Notes under the pieces: generated by a model
What the model saw: the letters and a program-made list of their open reading frames with translations, nothing else
The model's database searches: none
Told to the model about the DNA's origin: nothing
Shown: piece after piece, positions 56,381 through 64,000 of the stretch
Position numbering within the stretch: position 1 is the first letter of the stretch
Layout of the letters: each line of letters opens with the position of its first letter
Virus record (IMG/VR): IMGVR_UViG_3300013121_000022
Span: 108,505-172,504 of that record
DNA from: a virus
Lineage: Duplodnaviria; Caudoviricetes
Strand: one strand, 5' to 3'
Length of the DNA: 64,000 bases
Program-made: the position numbers and the translations under genes

Positions 56381-56947
56381 ATGAAACCTATTGTAATGAG
56401 TTCCGCAAGCGTGGTTAGTTTGAAACACAAACGAAAAACCATTACGCATCGAATTCTAAAAGAAAAGTTGTATCCCAATGTAGTCAAGATTGAGTACAAG
56501 ACAACAATCGCCGGAAAGCATTATTGGTGGGGAACGTCCGACGCAGAATCAGACATTTCGCAGTCGATTGTGTGTCCATATAGCGTGGGAGATCAATTAG
56601 CGGTTCAGGAGTTGTGGGCGCTAAATGGCGGACGCTATGTGTATGCCGCCGATAATCGATCCGAAAGCGGATCGTGGCAACCTGCTCATATTATGCCGAT
56701 TGAGGCATGTCGCTTTTTCTTGGAAATCACTGGCCTAGATTGTGAGATGATAAAATTTATCAGTCAAAGTCAAGCAATGGCGGAAGGCTTGTGGAAAAGC
56801 AAAACACATGGTTGGATGCCCGGTGGATATGATGAATGGAAAGCGGCTTATATTCATCAATGGAAAGAAACCAATCCAAACCACAAATTCAGCGATACAT
56901 GGGTTTGGCGAATTGTCTTCAAGCAAAAGGATCATGATTCATGGTAA
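56381..56947 (+). CDS. phage ASCH/PUA-like protein
   Basis: CPYSVGDQLAVQE..MPIEACRFFLEIT..AMAEG..WVWRIVF. Confidence 0.7.
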   Translation: MKPIVMSSASVVSLKHKRKTITHRILKEKLYPNVVKIEYKTTIAGKHYWWGTSDAESDISQSIVCPYSVGDQLAVQELWALNGGRYVYAADNRSESGSWQPAHIMPIEACRFFLEITGLDCEMIKFISQSQAMAEGLWKSKTHGWMPGGYDEWKAAYIHQWKETNPNHKFSDTWVWRIVFKQKDHDSW

Positions 56948-57207
56948 AACGACATGTGGCTGTAGCGCATACGATCCATCGATATATCAGCTGGATCGAA
57001 AAACAACCTGAGAAATATAACGTTGTCCGCCGACAGTTAGGGCATCACTGGCAAGCCTTTCATAAAATCAACATCAAGAAAGAAGTCCGACGCACTTTTG
57101 TCGAGACGATCAACACCCCTGAAAGCTTTTATGAATTTTTAGAGTTTTGCTTTATATCTTCACCCTCAGACTACGAATATCTTAAGGCAAAAATCAGGCG
57201 TTCGTGA
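56941..57207 (+). CDS. hypothetical protein
   Basis: coupled ORF. Confidence 0.5.
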   Translation: MVKRHVAVAHTIHRYISWIEKQPEKYNVVRRQLGHHWQAFHKINIKKEVRRTFVETINTPESFYEFLEFCFISSPSDYEYLKAKIRRS

Positions 57208-57237
57208 TAGAATCTTCGTAATCACAGGAGGTTCGCT

Positions 57238-57570
57238 ATGAACTTTATTATCGAAAATTTCGACAAGCTGTTAGGCGTTGCCGCGCTGATTGCGGTCATC
57301 ATCAATATCTTTAAGTATTTTGGATTGGTGAAAGATGGACAGTCAGGAGTCTGGAACACTGCCTTGAGTTTGATTGCCGCCGCAGTTATCTTTTATGTTC
57401 GGCAACAGTTTCCGGCCTATGCCGAAAATTTGGATACTCAGGCTGGACAAATTGCCGCAGTGCTGACCGCAGTGCTGACATTTTTGGTTCAGTTTGGTGG
57501 TGCATTGGCAACCCACAAGCTGGCAACCGCTGGCAAGATGTCATTTATTGGCAAATCCCTTAGCAACTAA
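57238..57570 (+). CDS. holin-like 3-TM membrane protein
   Basis: AGGAGG RBS, three TM, basic C-term, followed by terminator. Confidence 0.55.
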   Translation: MNFIIENFDKLLGVAALIAVIINIFKYFGLVKDGQSGVWNTALSLIAAAVIFYVRQQFPAYAENLDTQAGQIAAVLTAVLTFLVQFGGALATHKLATAGKMSFIGKSLSN

Positions 57571-57582
57571 ATACGTTTCACT

Positions 57583-57612
57583 AAAAAGGACTCCATTAGC
57601 GAGTCCTTTTTT
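57583..57612 (+). terminator. intrinsic terminator
   Basis: AAAAAGGACTC..GAGTCCTTTTTT. Confidence 0.8.
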
Positions 57613-57653
57613 AGTTATTGACTGTCAATCAAAAATCAGGTAAGATGTCTGGC

Positions 57654-58022
57654 ATGACAAAATTATCATTTTGGAAACAAGAAAAGAGCGACTGCTTTAT
57701 TGATCTCAAAAACCACTTTGATGGGAAAAATTCGCGCATCAAATTCATAGAAATGAACGGATGGGGACAGATCGATACACTCCGAGTTGTGTTTGATGTA
57801 TATGGATTTCGGGTTAGTGGCTGGTTCATCCTTGATAAAAAAATCTTGCAAGTTGAACACATTTCGATAGATGAGGATGTGGCTACAGCCGAAGATTTCG
57901 GCGGACTTCTTTCAGTTTTGACTGGAACTTATACCGCAAAGGCGGTTTGGAACGATAACGGATTGTATTCTCTCGAAAGGATTGAAATAGCTGATGGAGA
58001 ATCAAAGCATACCGAATTTTGA
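57654..58022 (+). CDS. hypothetical protein
   Basis: TTGACT/TAAGAT promoter. Confidence 0.6.
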   Translation: MTKLSFWKQEKSDCFIDLKNHFDGKNSRIKFIEMNGWGQIDTLRVVFDVYGFRVSGWFILDKKILQVEHISIDEDVATAEDFGGLLSVLTGTYTAKAVWNDNGLYSLERIEIADGESKHTEF

Positions 58023-58034
58023 TCTGCGCCGATC
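58021..58034 (-). repeat. GATCGGCGCAGATC motif
   Basis: perfect copy, reverse orientation. Confidence 0.85.
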
Positions 58035-58130
58035 CAAGATCAAGTTATACTGGATCGTAATTTTTTCAAGCGTATTTGTGGTGGCAGGCACATTTCTGGC
58101 GTTTCTGTTTCTAACATCTCAGGTTTAATT

Positions 58131-58697
58131 ATGTGGAATTTTATACTCGATAATACGCCTTGTCGGTGTGGTGATGTAATTGTTCCGGCAGGCGTCAAAA
58201 GTTATATGTTTGAAGGACGTATTCACGAACGGCAAGATTCTGGCTTGATGTGTGAGGCTCGTAAATCTAAAGCCGAACAAGAGTTGATAGAAGAAAATCA
58301 ACTTTTGAGTCGGTTATTGCATTTCAATAAACGAGTCTTCGATTTAGCGTCCACTAAAACGCCGTTTGTCGTGGTCGCTCAGGATGAACCTTATTTTCGT
58401 GAAGTTTATAATCTGATTCGATCTCATGAACAATCGTTGGGACGTTGGGACGCTAAGGACGAAGAACTTTTTTGTGCATTGACTGAACCCGACCTGGTAA
58501 ACTTGGTCGAAGAACAAAAAATTTATCACGATAACTTTGTGATCGCCTGCAAGTATTGTGAACAAAGTGTGTCCACCAATGCCGATCCGAGTGAGTGGAA
58601 GATCAAACACAAACCTGATTGCCGCTGGCTATTGGCCGAACAACGACTTGAGAGAATTGAGAGAAAATATGTCCACCCCACACTTATCACCCCTTGA
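58131..58697 (+). CDS. hypothetical protein
   Basis: CKYC..HKPDC. Confidence 0.6.
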   Translation: MWNFILDNTPCRCGDVIVPAGVKSYMFEGRIHERQDSGLMCEARKSKAEQELIEENQLLSRLLHFNKRVFDLASTKTPFVVVAQDEPYFREVYNLIRSHEQSLGRWDAKDEELFCALTEPDLVNLVEEQKIYHDNFVIACKYCEQSVSTNADPSEWKIKHKPDCRWLLAEQRLERIERKYVHPTLITP

Positions 58698-58935
58698 CGT
58701 TTCTTTTGTTTTCGAAAACGGCGACACAACCGCCCAAGATACCATCAACGATCTCCGCAACAAAATCCGGCAGGCATGGCAACCCACCGATCATGTGATG
58801 CCGCCCACGACTGAAACCGATCCAAAGGTATGGGCAGACGCTTTTCAGAAGTGTTATCCCAATGCCAACGTTCCGTTTGAAGTAGCTGAACGCTGGTTTC
58901 GCAGATCGCTTCAATCTGGACGATTATATGGATAA
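58669..58935 (+). CDS. hypothetical protein
   Basis: coupled ORF. Confidence 0.5.
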   Translation: MSTPHLSPLDVSFVFENGDTTAQDTINDLRNKIRQAWQPTDHVMPPTTETDPKVWADAFQKCYPNANVPFEVAERWFRRSLQSGRLYG

Positions 58936-59152
58936 TCCAACGACCTTCAAGGTAGGCGACATAGTCAAGGCCACTCATTTCATTCGTCGGGTAGATGGAC
59001 GCTACGCTCTGTATTCTGGCGATCTGGCGACCATTATCCGAATTTATCAAGACGATCCCGACGTATCTTTTGGGCAGGGTTGTATGAACGATATTGTCTG
59101 CTATCAGGAAGGCCATTTGTTTTGGCGAACTTGTTATGAAACAAATCACTAA
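58928..59152 (+). CDS. hypothetical protein
   Basis: FKVGDIV motif. Confidence 0.5.
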   Translation: MDNPTTFKVGDIVKATHFIRRVDGRYALYSGDLATIIRIYQDDPDVSFGQGCMNDIVCYQEGHLFWRTCYETNH

Positions 59153-59444
59153 ATTTGTATGTGACCTTTGTGCCACTGAATATAACAGCGCCGAAAAAGC
59201 TTTGGCTTGCGAAAATCTGCCTACCGATACCCCGTCGCGTCAGGTCGAAGATTTAGTCGTCTCGCCGGACGGAGTGGTTGGAGTTGTGCTGGAAATTCAA
59301 TACAAAGTCGATTATGGTCTTGTGCGATTGGGAATTACGTCTAGGTCGCAGGTGGTTGTGCGTGAATATCCTGTGTACACCAAGACATATCCCGCACAGG
59401 GCGTCTGCACACTCGCTTATATTCAAGAGGCATTACAGAAATGA
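59136..59444 (+). CDS. hypothetical protein
   Basis: CDLC..ACE motif. Confidence 0.55.
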   Translation: MKQITKFVCDLCATEYNSAEKALACENLPTDTPSRQVEDLVVSPDGVVGVVLEIQYKVDYGLVRLGITSRSQVVVREYPVYTKTYPAQGVCTLAYIQEALQK

Positions 59445-59752
59445 TCTACATCTTAGTTCCGCCCACGAACAAGGTAAAAATTCAACTTCTGCACATTCAC
59501 AAGTTGTCAGTAAACGGACAGCACATTACATTTTGCGGCAGACGATTTGATGAAGATCGTTTTCAGCCGACGACTGAAAAACCTAGCATGGCCGGAACTC
59601 GATCCTGCAATCATTGCGCCGAATCTTACGAGCATCACACGCGGGTTGTTGGCGCAATTCAACCCGAAGACGATCTCATTCCGGGCGACAGCGGTACAGT
59701 TAAACGAATGCCGCCCAATTCAGGTTGGGCAGAAACGGAGCAAACAACGTGA
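59441..59752 (+). CDS. hypothetical protein
   Basis: GAGG RBS, coupled. Confidence 0.5.
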   Translation: MIYILVPPTNKVKIQLLHIHKLSVNGQHITFCGRRFDEDRFQPTTEKPSMAGTRSCNHCAESYEHHTRVVGAIQPEDDLIPGDSGTVKRMPPNSGWAETEQTT

Positions 59753-59953
59753 GTAATTTAATGTGGATTTTTTGTAAAAAAGGTGAAATCATTGTCGGTT
59801 GGCTAGAATCAATTGGCAGGTTATCCGTAAAAGCATGGGAAGCAATCGTGCGTCTTTATTGGCGTGTGGTTGCGCCCAACAAAGCGTACAGTCGACGTGG
59901 CGCAAAGGTCGTCAAATCCAAATCAAAGGTTCGCGTTGGTCGCACACGTGGTT

Positions 59954-60080
59954 AACCGTTGGGCGGATAATTGCTGAGGCTCTCTGTTAAAAACCAGAGT
60001 GCCGCATGATGAAACTCTGCGGCGGCAATGTCCACAAAGCGTCATGTCGGGAAGCCTCCGAAACAGACCGCCCAAAGGTT
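59954..60080 (+). ncRNA. candidate pseudoknotted RNA or leader
   Basis: TTGGGCGG/CCGCCCAA closing; ATTGCTG/CGGCAAT crossed by GAGGCT/AGCCTC. Confidence 0.5.
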
Positions 60081-60122
60081 ACGGTTAGCCCGCACGCGGC
60101 TCACGCAAGTCCGTTGGTAAAC

Positions 60123-60365
60123 ATGATCAAGTTACAGATTGAATACAACGAAAGCGATCCAAGTTTTGTGATCGAATACCAGAATCGAGTCAATCAACTT
60201 TCGGCTGTGATAATTGAAATGATGGAAAAAAATCCCGCATTGATATTGTCGCCTGTCTTTCGCGAGTTGATGGTTGAGAAAGCTAAAGAACTCGACAAGT
60301 ACAACGCAAAGGTCTATGGTAAATTACACGTAGATAATTCCTTTGCGCCGCTCAAGGTGGACTGA
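60123..60365 (+). CDS. hypothetical protein
   Basis: 80-aa ORF. Confidence 0.55.
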   Translation: MIKLQIEYNESDPSFVIEYQNRVNQLSAVIIEMMEKNPALILSPVFRELMVEKAKELDKYNAKVYGKLHVDNSFAPLKVD

Positions 60366-60691
60366 TGCAAAAGATACTTGGCAAGAAACTGTCAGGCAAA
60401 ACCAAAGAACTCATCAAGATTAGCGCTAAAACTGGTTTCTATATTGTCACCAAAGATCAGAGTAACGCCAAAAATATAGTGTACACCGCTAAAACAATGG
60501 GCCTGAAAATCCATGAACCCATTACCTTTTATGAATTTATGTATCGTCAATACGGACGCAAGGTAGATGGAGTGCTGATTGACAACGCAGATTTATTGCT
60601 GGCGTTTTACATAGCCGATTTAAATGTTCGAGTTCACGCTGTAACCATGACGTGGGACGAGATTGACGATAAAATACTCCCTACCCCTTAA
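60365..60691 (+). CDS. hypothetical protein (P-loop-like start)
   Basis: GKKLSGKTK..VLIDNAD. Confidence 0.6.
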   Translation: MQKILGKKLSGKTKELIKISAKTGFYIVTKDQSNAKNIVYTAKTMGLKIHEPITFYEFMYRQYGRKVDGVLIDNADLLLAFYIADLNVRVHAVTMTWDEIDDKILPTP

Positions 60692-60718
60692 TTAAAAATT
60701 TTTTGAAGGAATCCCGAA

Positions 60719-61006
60719 ATGAGCCGAGAAGAACTTGAACACCTGTTTAAAAAACACCACGACAAATTTTTGAACTTCCACGATGTAGTCAATCCCCGTT
60801 CACGACGCCCCGATCTTAACGCCTTCCTGTTGTTGGATTCGCTTCTGCCAAATGGCAGAGATATTATCGGCGGAGCAGATCATGATGTTGTGTATTTGAG
60901 CATCAATCCCGCTAGACTGGCCGAAGTGGTATCCGAAGATCAAGTCATTGAACTCATCCGCTGTGGCGTCCGTCTCGAACCAAATGGCCTTGAAATGTTC
61001 GCTTGA
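60719..61006 (+). CDS. conserved phage hypothetical protein
   Basis: SRRPDLNAFLLLD..ELIRCGV; AAGGA RBS. Confidence 0.65.
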   Translation: MSREELEHLFKKHHDKFLNFHDVVNPRSRRPDLNAFLLLDSLLPNGRDIIGGADHDVVYLSINPARLAEVVSEDQVIELIRCGVRLEPNGLEMFA

Positions 61007-61335
61007 TCTAAAATAAGGGGTAGGGTTAATTAAATTTTTTTGTGAAGGGTATTGGGGCATCCCCGCCCCGTTGACCATAATGGCCGAGAGGGGGAGGGGG
61101 TGTCCTCTGAGATCGTGATGACTGAATCATATAACGAATAAGACCAGCTCCATACCCACACCCCCATGCCCCTGCGCCCTTGTTTATACAATGCGCCTCC
61201 CCTGTATAGACAAGCGAGAATACGATTAGATATATATCTAATTGTTTGTGTGCGTGTATATACAAGCACACATACACCACGCGCCTGTTTTATAATGCGC
61301 TTGACATGTTTATATATATGTGCTACATTATAACC

Positions 61336-62490
61336 ATGACCTACAAATTGACAGCCCACACCCTGAGTATTCTTCAAGATCAATTGTCCAAGCTCCAGAA
61401 GACAGCTCGCAAGATTGGTCAGGTCGCTCCTGCCCTCACTGTGGAAGGTACGGAAGATATAACCCATGAGGATGGATCGGTTACACGCTATACGCTGGTA
61501 TCTATCACTGGCGATGCTCCCCGCATCAATGGATGGGTATTTGTGGGCAAAATAGAATGGGTCGAAGGACAACCCTTGATTTCGGTGGGCTTGACCGGAG
61601 AAAACATTCCCGCGTCATTTCGGCAGGCTGTGCCCGTATGTGATCATTGTCAGGTGCGCCGCAATCGCAATGCTATCTTTATTCTGCGCTCAGAAGCAGG
61701 CGATCAATGGAAGCAGGTAGGCCGCACGTGCTTGAAGGACTTTACCGGACACGCCGATCCCAATGCTATTGCTTCTTATGCGGAATCGCTTAACGACTTT
61801 ATTGCCGACATTGCTCAGGCCGAATATGAAGATCATGGTTATCGCTCAGGCCGCAAGCCGGAATTGATCAACACACGCCGCTTTGTTGCCTGTGTTATTT
61901 CGGCTGTGCGTTCGGATGGATACTTTGTCACTCGGAAGCAGGCCGAAGAAAAGAACACACTCTCAACCAGTGATCGCGTAATTTCGGCTATGTTCCCGCC
62001 GATCTCCAGTCAAGAAAAACCACTTGTTCCCACACAGGCCGATTTGGACGAAGCAGATAAGATCATTTCGTGGGCAAATCAAATCGACGCCAACACGACA
62101 AACGACTATCTCTACAATCTGCGCGTAATGGCCGGAGCAAGCGCCTTTGATCTGCGCCGATCCGGTTTGGTCGCTTCAATGGTCGTGGCTTATCGTCGCG
62201 AGAAAGATCAACTCAACACAAAATCGGCCAAGCCCGTTAGTCAACACGTTGGAAAGATTGGCGACAAAATTTCGGAAACCCTGACCGTCAAGAACTCAGT
62301 CGAGTGCAACAATCAATATTCGTCCATTCTTTACACGTTTGAAGATCAAGCCGGAAACGTCTATATCTGGTTCGCTTCTCATGCCGTAGCCGAAGTCGGC
62401 CAGACTTATACCGTTACCGGAACGATCAAAGATCATACCGAATTTCGCAACGTCAAGCAAACCGTTCTTACTCGGTGCAAGGTCAACTAA
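61336..62490 (+). CDS. phage protein with CxxC and C-terminal OB-like domain (leaderless)
   Basis: CDHC..VGRTCLKDF; GTIKDHTEFRNVKQTVLTR; TTGACA/TACATT-N6-ATG. Confidence 0.75.
   Translation: MTYKLTAHTLSILQDQLSKLQKTARKIGQVAPALTVEGTEDITHEDGSVTRYTLVSITGDAPRINGWVFVGKIEWVEGQPLISVGLTGENIPASFRQAVPVCDHCQVRRNRNAIFILRSEAGDQWKQVGRTCLKDFTGHADPNAIASYAESLNDFIADIAQAEYEDHGYRSGRKPELINTRRFVACVISAVRSDGYFVTRKQAEEKNTLSTSDRVISAMFPPISSQEKPLVPTQADLDEADKIISWANQIDANTTNDYLYNLRVMAGASAFDLRRSGLVASMVVAYRREKDQLNTKSAKPVSQHVGKIGDKISETLTVKNSVECNNQYSSILYTFEDQAGNVYIWFASHAVAEVGQTYTVTGTIKDHTEFRNVKQTVLTRCKVN
62149..62162 (-). repeat. GATCGGCGCAGATC motif inside a CDS
   Basis: perfect copy encoding DLRRS. Confidence 0.8.
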
Positions 62491-62491
62491 C

Positions 62492-62761
62492 ATGCCAAGC
62501 CAATCTATCCACAGTGTCCAAGCCAAACAAATTCTAGTGGACTGGTGCGATCAAGAGGGAATCAGCATCAAACAATTGTCCCGCATGATTCATTGCGAAT
62601 ATCAACACGTCTGGAACATTATGCGCGGTACATATCCAGTCACTCTCCCCACTTTGGCAAAGCTTTTGATCTATTTGGGAGAAACTGGCCCTGCCGTGAA
62701 AATGGCCGAGATCATCAAGGCCGAAGGAACACACGAAGACTATGACGACCTGCAACCATAA
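62492..62761 (+). CDS. XRE-family HTH protein
   Basis: ISIKQLSRMI..VWNIMRG..TLPTLAKL. Confidence 0.7.
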   Translation: MPSQSIHSVQAKQILVDWCDQEGISIKQLSRMIHCEYQHVWNIMRGTYPVTLPTLAKLLIYLGETGPAVKMAEIIKAEGTHEDYDDLQP

Positions 62762-63057
62762 TTGACATCGGAGCAACAACCGAAGATGGTCGCGATACAT
62801 TTCGTTGCCTCATTTGCGGATCACGGTGGTCAATGCGCGAATACGAGAAACGGCTCAAAGCCGATCAGAACAACAAGAAAATCAAGCGAAAACAGCGCAA
62901 AAATAGATTATTGACTTTTTACCTAAAACAGACTATATTGAGGTCATGAAAAACACATTCAAAAACCCAACGATTTACATCTGGTCGGTTTTAGCCTGTA
63001 TGTTTGGATTTACCTTCAACGCGATTGGCTTGATCGGAATTCTCTTGCGAGACTAAA

Positions 63058-63375
63058 ATGAACACCCAATACTTTTCAGCCAAAGTCAATTTGCCGGACG
63101 GAACAACCGACATTCGTAAGAAAACAACGCATCAATACACGCACGCAGTGGTCGCCCATTGGCGCGATGGTCTGCGCTGTAAAGACGGAACGGTTTTTTA
63201 TTATCGTGCTTGGTTCTACGCATCAAGCGAAAAACTGGCAATCTCTCGCCGGAACACAACTGCCGCCCAACACTTACAAGCTCAACGCGAATACCCCGAT
63301 CCCAATTACGCCTATCCAGACGAATTCATTGTTCTGCCCGTTGAACTCACTCCCCTGACCAAGAAAGCGAAATAA
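63058..63375 (+). CDS. hypothetical protein
   Basis: YTHAVV motif. Confidence 0.6.
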   Translation: MNTQYFSAKVNLPDGTTDIRKKTTHQYTHAVVAHWRDGLRCKDGTVFYYRAWFYASSEKLAISRRNTTAAQHLQAQREYPDPNYAYPDEFIVLPVELTPLTKKAK

Positions 63376-63379
63376 GATC

Positions 63380-63832
63380 ATGTCACTGACCATCAACGAA
63401 ATCGCCAAAGAAGTACGTGCTCAACTCAAGGCCGAATTTCCCCATGCCAAATTTTCGGTAAGAATTGACAAGTATTCAGGCGGATTCTCCCTGAACGTCG
63501 ATCTGTTGTCTGCGCCCTTTGAGGCAATAATTTTCGATGAAGGATACACTGGTGAGCGCAAGGCGTATGCACAAATGAATCACTACACTCTGCGCCAAAA
63601 CGAAACAGTTCCAGTCAATCCGCCTCCAGAGAGCTGGGAAGAAGTGAAAGCGAGCTGGCATGTCACTCAAGAGTGCTGGACTCTTTTGCGACGAGTTGAT
63701 CAAATCGCGAACAAACACAATTGGGATCATTCGGACATCCAAAGCGACTACTTCGATGTGAACTATTACTTTCATCTGGCAATCGGACAATGGGATCGCC
63801 CGTTTACCAACACCGCAAAGGAAACACAATGA
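63380..63832 (+). CDS. LPD29 (large polyvalent protein-associated domain 29) protein
   Basis: AKEVRAQLKAEFP..KFSVR..YSGG..SDIQSDYFDVNYY. Confidence 0.8.
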   Translation: MSLTINEIAKEVRAQLKAEFPHAKFSVRIDKYSGGFSLNVDLLSAPFEAIIFDEGYTGERKAYAQMNHYTLRQNETVPVNPPPESWEEVKASWHVTQECWTLLRRVDQIANKHNWDHSDIQSDYFDVNYYFHLAIGQWDRPFTNTAKETQ

Positions 63833-64000
63833 GCGACATTCTGGAAGGTCTATTGTTTCACGTCTATCGTTCGGACAAAATGGATTGCACCAATGGCGGT
63901 TTGTCTTCACAGGCCGACAAGGGAGTTCTGGTCAACATCGACTGCCCGATCTTTGTTGCTTCTGAATCCGCTCCCGCTTATAAGCTTGTGCGTCAAACAA

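Noticed and set aside
61030-61572. 180-aa minus-strand ORF
   Set aside because: Overlaps the + strand gene, its promoter and low-complexity tracts; likely a shadow frame
6505-62162. GATCGGCGCAGATC copies as a CRISPR array
   Set aside because: Copies are 14 bp, kilobases apart and in both orientations; no regular spacers or cas genes
129-63832. Stop-codon reassignment
   Set aside because: Known genes are full length in code 11, TAG and TGA end ORFs normally, and no CTA, TCA or TTA suppressor anticodon was found

Overview
Window of a large, AT-rich bacteriophage genome. 1-4.2 kb is the end of a virion/tail module (one large protein plus three tandem paralogues). 4.2-61 kb is an accessory region of short, mostly + strand genes with many sigma70-type promoters, often driving leaderless mRNAs. 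Recognisable genes include a DNA polymerase III beta clamp, RecA, two RNA ligases, two metallophosphoesterases, two HNH nucleases, a vWA protein, a HAD/nucleotidyltransferase/methyltransferase/glycosyltransferase cluster, a GT-C glycosyltransferase, GH/SH3 envelope enzymes and LPD29. The RNA content is the most striking part: 47 tRNA genes covering all 20 amino acids (including rare Ile-UAU, Leu-AAG and Arg-GCG), a tRNA-like pseudogene, a tmRNA, a divergent RNase P RNA, two large ORF-free hairpin-dense regions (about 1.0 and 0.65 kb, GOLLD/ROOL-size candidates) and more than a dozen 90-250 nt structured elements between the tRNAs. A 14-bp quasi-palindrome, GATCGGCGCAGATC, is dispersed through the window and also forms the terminal helix of the RNase P RNA. 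Structures were folded by eye and protein family calls come from motif recognition, not database searches.
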